In this document: positions 52,248 to 63,277 of the stretch, one piece after another
Layout of the letters: each line of letters starts with the position of its first letter
Position numbering within the stretch: position 1 is the first letter of the stretch
Source of the DNA: Podarcis cretensis
Lineage: Eukaryota
Assembly: GCA_951804945.1 (NCBI GenBank)
Contig: OX638152.1
Coordinates: forward strand, 59,892,001 to 59,956,000
Direction of reading: 5' to 3'
Length of the DNA stretch: 64,000 nucleotides
Position numbers and translations under genes: made by a program
Notes under the pieces: generated by a model
Seen by the model: the letters and a program-made list of their open reading frames with translations, nothing else
Database searches by the model: none
Told to the model about the DNA's origin: nothing

Positions 52248-52333
52248 ATGCTTTCTGCAACTCCCCTGTATGGCAACGTTCATAGCTGGATGAGCAATGA
52301 GAGAGTCCGTATGTGTGGGATTAACGAAGAGAG
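52248..52333 (+). CDS. BCOR: BCOR first coding exon (exon 2, coding part; [29 protein letters not shown])
   Basis: Translation is nearly identical to the human BCOR N-terminus ([24 protein letters not shown]). In-frame TAA at 52236-52238 lies upstream of the ATG. 86 coding nt are followed by donor AG|GTAAAT. The acceptor (pyrimidine tract, ccaattAG) suggests the exon starts at 52203. Confidence 0.97.
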
Positions 52334-53654
52334 GTAAATATTTTAAGTTTCAGGAAAGTTAAATCACGCGGTGTTTCTGGAGAAGGGGTTTCAGCGTTAA
52401 TTTGTCTTAGCGGATAGCTTTTTTTTAATAGCTTGCATGGCGATAACTCATGGAGAGCTCTTTTATGAGACAAGAGTTGGAGAAGAGAGATGTTATGGGC
52501 GCAGACTCTCCCTTCGTGTACTGTTTTAACAATCAGTGTTGCTCAGGAAACCAGAAGGGGGCTTATAAAAGATTAGCTCCCAAAGTCACCTCTTCCTCAC
52601 ATATATTACATACATTCTCTCCCAATCTTCAGTGTATTTACTGGAAAGCAAATGTCTGTGATTTTTAATGAAACTTATTTCATGGCATGCGTGCTTAAGG
52701 TTGTCCCCGTAAGTTTATTATTTTATATTTGTGAAAAAGACAAGAACAACATGGATTCAGGTTTTTAATTTTAATTGGTCCACGTTACATGGCCTGCAAC
52801 TTAAGATAATTTGCCCAGCAATTAGATATTTCTATAACTTTCCATAAATTAGCACAAAGGTCAGAGTTTGGCCCCAGTTCAGAAACCATTCGTCATTCTT
52901 CATTGAAATGAATGGGGCAAGTTAGTCATGATTAATCTAAGCCACATTCGCTGCAACGAGACTGAAGCAGGGCTAACTTTCTCTGGATTGGGGCCTTGTA
53001 AAAGCATACCAAACACAGTTTTTTAAAGAGACTTTACAAAATAGTGGACAATACTATAATTCTTTACTTCTAATTATTAAATTGAAGCAAGCACACTGTG
53101 TTTGCAAGTACTTTTGGTCAGACTTGCACCCTATAGAAAATAAAATCAGGACAGCATTGGGTCATTTAATAACTTTCTCTGATTGTTTGAAAACAGCACG
53201 CGAAAATTATGAGTTCCGAGACACTGAGGGGGAATGCCATGGCTGTGTATATTGTTATCAAATGTCAAAGGAAGGAGGTGGACATGAGCAAAATGCTATT
53301 GTTCTGTTTCTATCCAATTGCATCCTGTGGCTATTCCAGTAGGTGTGGGTTGTAACAATAATAGCTGGAAACAGGGCAAAAATGTGGGTGTTGCTTTTAC
53401 TTTAAAAATTGATAGTGCCACCACTTTAAATATCCTTCTGGGTAATGATGAAACTTCCCTTCTGCTGTATGTCAGCAATTGTGTCCCTGGGATTTGAAAG
53501 TTGGCACTGAGGTGCATTTTTTTATCTGTGTTTTCTGTGATAACAAGTCCCTGAGCTGCTACGCTGCTAACACACAGATGTATGGTTCCTTCTTCAGCAC
53601 TGAACAGCTGACATTTGTATGATATTAGAAGTGTGTGGGTTTTTCCTGTCTCTG

Positions 53655-53660
<6 letters not shown>

Positions 53661-53689
<29 letters not shown>
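53661..53689. repeat. (TG)n microsatellite, intron 2
   Basis: Direct inspection. Confidence 0.9.
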
Positions 53690-53691
<2 letters not shown>

Positions 53692-53990
53692 CTGTATATA
53701 AACGATACTATACAGGGTTGTTTGTTTCTAAATAAAGAAAGAAAGAGTATTTACTACCATGTATTGCTTTAGCAAAACTCCTTAACTGGAAATAAAGTCC
53801 AAAAACATTTTTTCATCCCTGAACTCTATAGAGAGAGAAAAAGCCCAATTAGAGGGCAAATCTGTTAATTTTCTTCTGCACTGATGTATTGATAAAGGTA
53901 TTTTAATAGAAACACTGCAGTCAGATCAAAATGTCAAACCATTAACGTTGTGTCTGTAAGTCACTTTTTAAAAATATCTCTTGAAAATAG

Positions 53991-54069
53991 GAAAATCCCA
54001 GTTAATGATGGAGATGCTTCGAAAAGCAGGTTGGAATTAAGGGAAGAAAATCACCTGAACCACAGTGTG
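53991..54069 (+). CDS. BCOR: BCOR exon 3 (79 nt; [27 protein letters not shown])
   Basis: Acceptor aaatAG|G and donor GTG|GTAAGA. Phase 2 matches the previous exon. Peptide matches human [27 protein letters not shown]. Confidence 0.97.
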
Positions 54070-54569
54070 GTAAGAAACTGATAGTTCCGTTTGATGACAA
54101 AAGGTTTTTCTCTGGATTTTTGTGCTATGGCTTCAGTTTCAAATAACTATTTGGGACTAATGAAAGTTGCTTCTAACCAGAGGTGGCATTCAAATATCAG
54201 GATACGGTTGCATCCTTTTGTATATATTTCTAGTATCTGAGTCTTAAGCATTTTTTTACTTCGTCATATGCTTAGTAGCACATCATGAACACTCTCAGTC
54301 ATGATTGCTCTAAATAACATCGCTTGGCATATTTCACTTAGTCTTCAGAGAATTTCAGTGACTGACAGAATGGGGTTTGTGAGCCTTTGCTATAGTTTCA
54401 GTGTCTAGAGAGGAACCACCTAAAGATGATCCTAAAGATGTCACAGGCTCCTTAAAAGAATGGTGGGATATAAATATAATAAAACTGTAACAACTAGAAC
54501 AAGTACAATCTGCAGCTGGGGGCTGGCTGAGTGCCTAGGAATGAGATTTGAGAGAAAGTGCCCCAGGGC

Positions 54570-54639
54570 CAATGCTTTTATTCTAGAAAAAAAGGTGTTG
54601 GGGCTGCGTACCCCTGAGTACCCCTGGGAAAAAGCACTG
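54570..54639. mobile_element. Minimal hAT-type MITE (70 bp) with perfect 8-bp TSD, BCOR intron 3
   Basis: TSD CCCAGGGC at 54562-54569 and 54640-54647; TIR CAATGCTTTT / AAAAGCACTG (9/10). Confidence 0.8.
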
Positions 54640-54799
54640 CCCAGGGCTGTTGTTTTTTCTTGGGGCTTTGAAGGACTGTGGAGCCAAGGCCTTTGCCTGC
54701 TTTCACTGTAGTATGTTTTGCTTCTTAGAATTGGGTAGCCTACCTTCTCTCATCTTGTCTAGGAGCAAACATTTGGAAAAGAGGAGAGACCAGTGTTGT

Positions 54800-54859
54800 T
54801 TCTTCTTCTTCTTCTTCTTCTTCTTCTTCTTCTTCTTCTTCTTCTTCTTCTTCTTCTTC
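54800..54859. repeat. (TTC)20 microsatellite, intron 3
   Basis: Direct inspection. Confidence 0.95.
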
Positions 54860-55650
54860 CAACTTATACACCACCCTGTACCCTGTAATACAACTACATT
54901 ACGTGATCTTGCTTTCTCCTTTCCCGCAAGCTCCTCTTTGTTCATATGAGGATGCTGGGAAAGGCAGCAGTTTAGCTCCTCTGCTGGCCTATGAAAGTTA
55001 TTAACAGTACAATGCTATATGTGTCTACTTGGAAGTCAGCCCCATTGAGTTCAATGGGACTTTCTTCCAGGTAAGTATATATAAAATTGCAGCCTAAATA
55101 TCACTTATTTTGGCTATCAATAAGCAGAGGAACGGAAGTAAAAAAAGACTCAATGTCATTATTTTATTTAAATGATTTTTGAATATAAATAACTTTGCAT
55201 CTGAGGGACCCTCCTCCCTCCGTAAGCATACCTTATGAAATGTCCCTAGTAGGAAGCGAGTACACCCATGGTTCTGGAAATCAAATTTTTTTAATGGGAC
55301 AGTTGGTTGAGTAGCAAAGATTTTAGGATATTATGTAGATCCATGTAGATGTTTTGCTAAGTATGAAAGGATCTAGAGACCTATTAAACTAATCTTACTG
55401 AAAAAATAAGAATCAAACTTGGCAAGTCTCAGACTCCACAGACAGAAGAATGAAGCAGGCTAAAATTTTAAAATTTGATTTACTTTATTCCTCTGCATTT
55501 ATCAGTTTAATCAGCCCACATTAGTTTTTCACAATAAAAACAATGTATTTGCTTCCTTTTGTTTCCCGCAATGTTTTTTTTGTTAAGTACCTGTAGCCTT
55601 GAATAGTACTTGACTGAATGCCAAAGTCACCTCTCTCTTATTTCACAAAG

Positions 55651-58455
55651 GTGGATGCCACGGCAGCGCATCGCATTGACAGCCTTGCAGCTCTGAGCAT
55701 GGACCGGTCTGGACTTATGCGGGAAGGGCTTAGAGTCCCCAGCAGTATTGTCTATTCCAGTTTATGTGGACTTGGCTCAGACAAGCCCCGGGACGCTACA
55801 AGTGCTATTGCTGGCCTTGGATTTGCTCCTGAAAGAAATCCAGAGATGCAGTTCAAGTCTAATCCCACTGAAGCAATTGAAAATGCAGCTGGAAAACCCC
55901 CAAATGGCTTCAGTGCTATGTACAAAACGCCACCTGGAATACAAAAAAGTTCGCTTCCAACTGGGGAGACCTTAGGCTTGGACAGAAGCTCAAGTGACAA
56001 ACCGAGTCCTCTCAATGTCAATGGTGCTAGTTACCTAAGGCTACCCTGGGTAAATCCTTACATGGAGGGTGCTATTTATCCTTTTCTCGAATCACCAAAT
56101 AAGTATTCGTTGAACATGTATAAGGCCTTGCTACCTCAGCAGTCCAATTACAGCTTGCCACAGCATCTGACCTACTCGCCCGTATGTACAAATGGTGAAC
56201 GTTTTTTATACTTGCCACCTTCTCATTATGTTGCTCCCCACATTCCGTCGTCGTTAGCTTCACCAATGAGGATCTCTGCTGCAACCGCAGCTCCAGCTAT
56301 TCCCCCTCTAGGACACTGTCCAGAAAAGAGCTTGTCTTGGAAGATGGGAGTGGGTCCCGGAACTCCTGTGGACTCTCATGCCTATCCACATATCCAGAAT
56401 AGCAAGCCTCCCAGAGTCCCATCTGCAAAGCCAGCGGCTAGTAATATGCCAACAGACCCCACTGTTCTCTTGTCTCATTCACCAAGACCATCACCTAGAG
56501 TTCACCTCCCGACGCAGGTTGGGGACGCTTACTCGGAGTTTCAGAAACACTTTTCCAGGATTTCGACGTCTCCTTCTTCAGTTACACTCACAAAGCCATA
56601 CGTGAATGTAAGCAATGAGTTTCCTCCAAGAGTCTCCGGGGGGAAAGCTCCTAAAACACACGACACAGGCGAAATCTCTCAGCAGCCTACAGTGCATGCA
56701 AGGAAAACAGGTCACGACAGGAAGGACAGCAGATCCCCTCCACTGTTAGAAAAACAACAAACTGTTACCAAAGAGATTATAGACAAACCATTGGATTTGT
56801 CATCAAAAGTTGTTGACATGGAGACAACCAAATCTGATCATGTTAAGAAAATGGCGCCAACTGTGCTGGTTCATAGCAGGGCCGGAAGTGGCTTGGTTTT
56901 ACCTGGAGGTGATCTTCCAAAAGAAACCATTTCTCCTGGAAGTGGTTGCCCTGTCTATAGACCTGAAATAATCAGCACGGTGCCTTCCTCCTGGGTTGTT
57001 CCTGGTCCAGGTCCCAATGAAGATAACGGTGGTAAAAACATGCAGTTGAAAAACAAAGCATTGGACTGGGTGACGCCACAACAGCGGAGTTCTTCTTGCC
57101 CTAGGATGGGGGGTACAGAAGCAGTTGTCAGTAATATTTCAGGGTCTGTATCAAGCGGAGGTCGCCCAGCATCTGCTTCTCCTGCTCCAAATGCCAATGT
57201 CGATTGCCCTAAGACGACTAGCTCAGTAGAGACCACTGCATCTGTCATACAGCACATAGGACAACCTTTAGCAGCAGCGTCTTCAAAGCATAGTAATAAG
57301 GCAGCTAAATGCAATAATCCAGAACCTATCTTCAAAGCAAATGAGAACACCCTTGCACCAACTTCCATATTTTTCCCTCCGAATGATGCATTCCGATCTC
57401 CACCATTGCCCTATCCGAGAAGCTATCTCCCATATCCAGTTCCAGAAGGCTTAGCTATAGGCCCTTTGTCTCTACATGGGAAAGGACCTGTATATCCTCA
57501 CCCTGTTCTGTTACCCAATGGGAGTCTTTTCCCTGGACATCTAGCTCCCAAACCTACCATTCCATACAGCCTGCCAGCCAGCAGAGGTGAGTTCATGACC
57601 TACCAGGATGCTTTGGGTATGGGTATGGTACACCCAATGCTGTTACCCCATACAGCTTTGGAGCTGAAAGATGAGAAATCGGAAAGGAGGTCTAGATTGC
57701 ATGAACGGCTCCGTTATGAAGACCCTGCCTTGAGAAACCGATTGCCCGAGATGCTGGAAACCAGCACAAAACTACATTTTGAAGTACCTGCAGACAGAAA
57801 CGCGAAATTGCACCAAAGTTCAAGTCATGGTAAAAATACTACCAAAAGTGACAAGCACCTGTTTGCAGAACCGAGAGAGGAGCAAGATGTGAAAGGTGAA
57901 ACAAACCTGATGAAACCTAGCTTTCCTGTTGAAAGCAGTAATCAAGCAAGTGACCCCACAAAGCACAAGGTAGAACAAGGCTTCCCCCACAGAGATTTCA
58001 TTGTGATGAGGGAAGACTGTGGGAGAAGCAATTTCCATGAAGTTTATAACTTCAAGCAAGCCCAGAGCCCACACCCATCAATGTTCAACTTAAGGAAAGA
58101 GGACCTTTCCTTGAGCCAGAATAGGGAGAGGTTAACGGTTCCCACTTCCTCTGTGTTCTTGGAGGCTGCTCACGGAAACGATGGCTTAGCTATGTCCTTT
58201 TGCAAAATGCCAGATGATGCTAAACAGCTTTGTATGGGAAACACGCAGTCAAGTATGGAAGTCAGTCAGGCATACGCCAAAGAGGGAATTGAGGGCGCGG
58301 AACCTAATGACGGCAAATTCCTGAAACCTAAGCCATCTAACCTGGCAAAGAGAATCGCAAACTCTGCTGGTTACGTAGGTGATCGATTCAAGTGTGTTAC
58401 GACAGAACTGTATGCAGATTCTAGCCAACTTAGTCGAGAACAGCGGGCTCTGCAG
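55651..58455 (+). CDS. BCOR: BCOR exon 4 (2805 nt, 935 codons; [12 protein letters not shown]...SREQRALQ)
   Basis: Part of the 951-aa ORF. Acceptor ttcacaaAG|GTG and donor CTGCAG|GTGAGT. Contains BCOR hallmarks [18 protein letters not shown], the BCL6-binding peptide and [38 protein letters not shown]. Confidence 0.99.
56788..56802 (+). other. BCOR: PLDLS (PxDLS CtBP-type motif) in exon 4
   Basis: cca ttg gat ttg tca, in the context DKPLDLSSK. Confidence 0.75.
56959..57009 (+). other. BCOR: BCL6 BTB-binding domain (BBD) peptide [17 protein letters not shown]
   Basis: Homologous to human BCOR residues 498-514 [17 protein letters not shown]. Confidence 0.9.
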
Positions 58456-59041
58456 GTGAGTTCTGAGGCTTAACTACCAAAGCAGTTTTTAAAAAAACAC
58501 AGTTCACAGTTGAGAATGAAATATGTACAACTCTATAAGTCTATCTTGAACTTAACTAGCAGTGGTAATCTTGTGTATATTCGGGTTCTGCTATGAAGCC
58601 AGGGGTATTGGAGCGTTAATAGATAAGAATTATATGTAGTTAATTGGTGTAACAAATAATTTAATCTCATAAGCATAACATGTAGTAGTGAAAGGAAGCT
58701 GAAGAATGCATGACATGTTTGTTTTTAAAGGTAGTTTGCTATAGCTTGCCTGTGTTTGGCTAGCACTATTAAGAACCAAAGGAAAGGCAGAAGTTCTGAT
58801 GATTATTTCATACAGGACATTTGATTTAAAAGGAGTAGCAGCCATATGTTAGCGGGTTTAATGCAACTTCTTTACCAAGCAGAAATGTAGCTTAAAGGAA
58901 TAGAAGCTGTAGTGAATTTGACGTTGAATGATGGCAAGCATTGTAGGTTATTTTTTAGATTTGTGAAAGAATGAGTAAAGCCAAATTGTTTTGCGTTGTT
59001 AAAAAAAGAAAGAATTAGTTGATGCTTATAAAAATGGATGA

Positions 59042-59189
59042 NNNNNNNNNNNNNNNNNNNNNNNNNNNNNNNNNNNNNNNNNNNNNNNNNNNNNNNNNNN
59101 NNNNNNNNNNNNNNNNNNNNNNNNNNNNNNNNNNNNNNNNNNNNNNNNNNNNNNNNNNNNNNNNNNNNNNNNNNNNNNNNNNNNNNNNN
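59042..59189. other. Assembly gap (148 N), probably hiding BCOR exon 5
   Basis: Run of N. The 18-codon exon 5 peptide (human MEGLQEDSILCLPAAYCE) is not encoded in either flank. The first bases after the gap are TGAGTT, consistent with a (G)TGAGT donor. Confidence 0.85.
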
Positions 59190-59571
59190 TGAGTTAAAAT
59201 TTCATTTCCAAGTACACAAAGGGAAGTTGTGGGCCATGGTCGTCTTTATTCATTGTACAGTTTATGTTTTGTTTCTTTGTTATACCTCTCAAAAGACAAT
59301 GCTTTTTAATACACATATATAAATAAATATATATATATAATGTTATTTACTTTTATATATGGAAGAACAGTATATTATTTGTGTATCGATACTACATACC
59401 TTGCATATTGAACATATGGCATTTTAAAACTTTATATAGAATTGTGTGTATCTCAAAACTTTGGGTTTGAGCAGATATTTTCTTTTGGAAATACTTTTCA
59501 TAGAAGGTAAGGTAAATGAAGTAGCTCTTATTGTGAGGTGTCTTTTTTCCCCATATCAATTCTCTTTCTAG

Positions 59572-59755
59572 CGTGCAATGATGCGCTTCTCAGAGTTGGA
59601 GATGAAAGAGAGAGAAGGCCACGTAGCAACCAAAGACCCGGAGGTCTGCAGATTCAACCAAGCAGACTGGGAAAACTTGAAAGGAAATAATGAAAAGAAA
59701 CCTAAGTCTGTCACTTTGGAAGATGCCATTGCCGGGCAAAATGACAATGACAGAT
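59572..59755 (+). CDS. BCOR: BCOR exon 6 (184 nt; [16 protein letters not shown]...[17 protein letters not shown])
   Basis: Acceptor tctctttctAG|CGT and donor AGAT|GTAAGC (phase 1). Peptide matches human [16 protein letters not shown]...[11 protein letters not shown]. Confidence 0.96.
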
Positions 59756-59836
59756 GTAAGCAAAGTTTTATATGCCTTTTTGAAATTTATGTGTGCCTCC
59801 TGTAGTCATTTAGAGCAAAACATGGCGATGCCATTA

Positions 59837-60061
59837 CAGTGGTACCTCGGGTTACATACGCTTCAGGTTACAGGCTCCGCCAACCCAGAAATATTACCTC
59901 GGGTTAAGAACTTTGCTTCAGGATGAGAACAGAACACTGTGGCGGCGGTGCGGCAGCAGCAGGAGGCCCCATTAGCTAAAGTGGTGCTTCAGGTTAAGAA
60001 CAGTTTCAGGTTAAGAACGGACCTCCGGAACGAATTAAGTACTTAATCCGAGGTACCACCG
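59837..60061. mobile_element. Tc1/mariner MITE, family A (BCOR intron 6)
   Basis: TA|CAGTGGTACCTCGG...CCGAGGTACCACCG|TA; the most complete copy. Confidence 0.9.
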
Positions 60062-63021
60062 TACGTAGATGTTAAAGCATTCAGCTCCAAATAGCTGCTG
60101 CACAGTCATAGCAATACCTACTGGGTGATATACAACATTAGTCATAGAGTAGACCATTTGATAACAGTAGATGTCAGTGGGTCTTTTCTGAATATGACTA
60201 ATGTTGCATATCGCCCACTAAGTTTCCCTTGACAAGAAGTGAAAACAAGTTTCTTTCATGTAAACATTTGTCAACTGCAGCTCATCGTTTGTGTAGCTTA
60301 AAAGTTGCGTCGGTCTTAGTGTGGGTTCTCTGTTGTCTTAAGCAGGGAGAAAGGAAGACAGGTAATGGGAGGGTTGAGTTAAGTCATATAATCAGAAAGC
60401 CTTCCATTTAGTTATTTGAAGAGTGTGAACATTAACATTGTGTGTGTGTTGTTGCTTTTTTTGCAGAAAGCCACTGCAATGTGGTGATCTGTATTGTGTA
60501 GTAGAAGCCTGCCCTCCCCCTCCATATCAGCAAACTGTTCTGTGCACAAACTTCCCATTCATAGGCTTGTCAACTTCCATCAGACCAGTAAAGAATAAAA
60601 CTATGCCATGAATCAACAGGGCCAGCTGGTGTGGCAGCACCGTGGTTCTGAACTCCTGCCAGCACTGCTGCTTGCTGCTTACCAGGGTGATGTGGGAGCT
60701 GGGCAGTGGTGACGCCAACACAGCCTGGCCATACTGGTGGAGCCAATCTAGTGCCCCAACAGCTGCCTATTATCTTTTAAAATTGGGGGTTGTTTGTTCT
60801 TGATTTGGGCTGTATTCTTCCCACCATTAGAATGGAAGAAGTGCCTGCTAATTTCTAGTGATTTCAGCAGCAGTAAGTGTGCAATGAACAAAAAGATTGG
60901 AGGGTTTGTCACCTCAGTGTATCCAAACCTCTTCAGATGTGATAACCTATTACTTCTCCCTTCCCACAAACTTGCTAATAGAAAAATGGGTGTTCTTTAG
61001 AGTGTGTGTAACTTTGTGGGGGCTGGTTTGCCATGGCTGGTAAACTGAGTCAATAAGAGATGTTAATTACAAGTTGCTATCTCATAATGGGTTGGCCACA
61101 AATTCATATATTCATCTATAAAATCCAGATTTACAGGCAATGATTTGCGTGCTTCCAATTGACGCGCGACCTCGCATTGCGGTGACCTGAAAGTGCCTGG
61201 GGAAAGGGGGCAGGCAGGAACGTAACCCCTGTGTAAACCAGTTGTTGCCTGTATTTGATAAACACTGTTAATCCAGCACAGAACAAGGTTGGGGAGCACT
61301 TGGCTAGGCTAAGACTCTTGAAGAGAGTCTTCTCTTCTCAGCTGTGCTCAGCAGAGTTCAGGTAGTTGAAGGCATCCTAGGCTTCCTTCTGAACCTGGAG
61401 ACCTGATGCTCCATTCTGCTTGCTCCTCCTCCTCCTCCTCTTTGTGGCTTCCTTCAGTTTCAGTAACTGCTTGTGTTTCAGTGCACTCCCCATGAGCCCT
61501 GAAAACTCAAAAGTGCTGTTCAGTTAAAAGGAAAGCAGTTACAGTCTGTGTCTATTCCCCCAGCTGATACAGTGGGTGGAGGGGCAATTCATACACATCC
61601 TCATCAAGCAGTAGAAGAGCTGTCTTTTTCAAAGGCAGCTGGAGCCCAAGAAACTAATGGTGTAAGGAAGGAAGGGAAGGACAAATCAGGGTTTGAATAA
61701 AAGAAGGGAGGAGACAAAAAGGTCTCTCAACATGGAGGTTGATTGGGTGCATATCATGCTGCAGGGAGGCAAACATCTGTTTTGTGAAGGGAGCACCATG
61801 TTGCTGTGATCCCGCAGGTGCGGATGTGAGGACGAATTCTATTGGAATGAGTTATCTAGGGACACAATTCAGGTTATTTACTCCACTGCAACTGTTCTTC
61901 TAGGCAAGTGTCAAGCTTTATGTAAGATTGACCGTAACTTGACACTTTACGTTATCCAGCAATAGGCATTTTTTTCTTCCAAGTTGACATTTACTCCTTG
62001 CTATGATGCCTCATTCTTCAAGGCTCCATTGTTTTCAAAGGCACTGAAATCTTTGGGATGTTGTTGTTACTAAAATTATTTATTATTATTGACAACACCA
62101 ACAACATTTCAAAGATTTCAGTTGTTGCTATTATTATTATTATTTATTATTGGGTGGTTTTTTGTTTTTTTAAAAAAGGAGCGGCCAAAACAAAATCAGA
62201 GTGGAATTCAAACCCAATGAACACCAGGCAGTATAAACAGTTTTTACAGCCTGCCTAAAACTAGGGAGCGAGTGCCACCAATTGGACGCACCAATCTAGC
62301 CTCTCTTGAGGATAGAACGTACAACAGGGTCCCTGAAAATGAAAATGGGCATTGTATGTTTTCTGCTATTTTCATTTGCTTTTGCAAAAGGTGAGAGGGG
62401 TGAAGTAGCTGCACTTTTAGGTTTGCTGTGAACTAACAGGATTTTATCAGTTCTTTAAAATTTGCTGTATTTAGAACACCTGTGTGCAAGAAGCAAATAG
62501 TTGATAAAATGGATTACACTATGTCTTGGAGCCAGATTACATATTGCCGTTGCCAGGGGATTGGCATCCTGTGGCAAGGTTTTCATTTCCTGCGGCTATT
62601 AGATTCAGCTGTACTCACTGCATCCATCAGGGCCATCAGGAGAATTTTCCTGCTTCTGCTCCACGCAATTGGTGGCCATTGAAGGGGGAGGGACAGGACA
62701 ACTCACTACCTGATTATCTTGATTAACATAGTAAATACTATCAAATGTTATCTCTGCAGGGAGGCAAAGGTGCCATAGGGTTGCTGATCCCCACAGTGAC
62801 TGTCCCATATAGCTCGGTTCTTAACTTCCATGTAATGTGATTAACTTCAAGTTACTTTGACGTGGCAGTTTGTGATTTTTGTTTATGTGTGGACTGATAA
62901 GGTGTTTACAAAATAAAAGTTTTGTGCATATCACAGGGCTTAGCTTTGCAAAAAAGTTTCAACACACAAAGGCTGGAATCTTGTCAGTTCTGTTCTGCTT
63001 AGGCCTTAGGGAATAGACATA

Positions 63022-63277
63022 CAGTGGTACCTCAGAAGTTTAATGGAATCTGTTCCGGAAGTCCATTCGACTTCCAATACGTTCGGAAACCAAAGCACAG
63101 CTTCTGATTGGCTGCAGGAAGCTCTTGCAGCCAACCGGAAGCCGCAGAAGCCACATTGGACATTAGTGTTACAAAGAACATTTGAAAACAAGAACACTTA
63201 CCGGTACTTCTGGGTTTGTGGCGTTCGGGAGCCAAAACATTTGACTCACAAGGCATTTGCGAACCAAGGTATGACTG
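63022..63277. mobile_element. Tc1/mariner MITE, family B
   Basis: TA|CAGTGGTACCTC...AAGGTATGACTG|TA with a different, partly palindromic interior. Confidence 0.75.

Noticed and set aside
55618-55650. ATG start ([11 protein letters not shown]) of the 951-aa ORF, and its C-terminal VSSEA*
   Set aside because: Both are intronic read-through of the exon 4 acceptor and donor; the true N-terminus is in exons 2-3.
59529-59543. TAT TGT GAG|GTGTCT (YCE) resembling the end of exon 5
   Set aside because: The upstream frame has a stop and no similarity to the exon 5 peptide, and the following intron would be only 34 nt.
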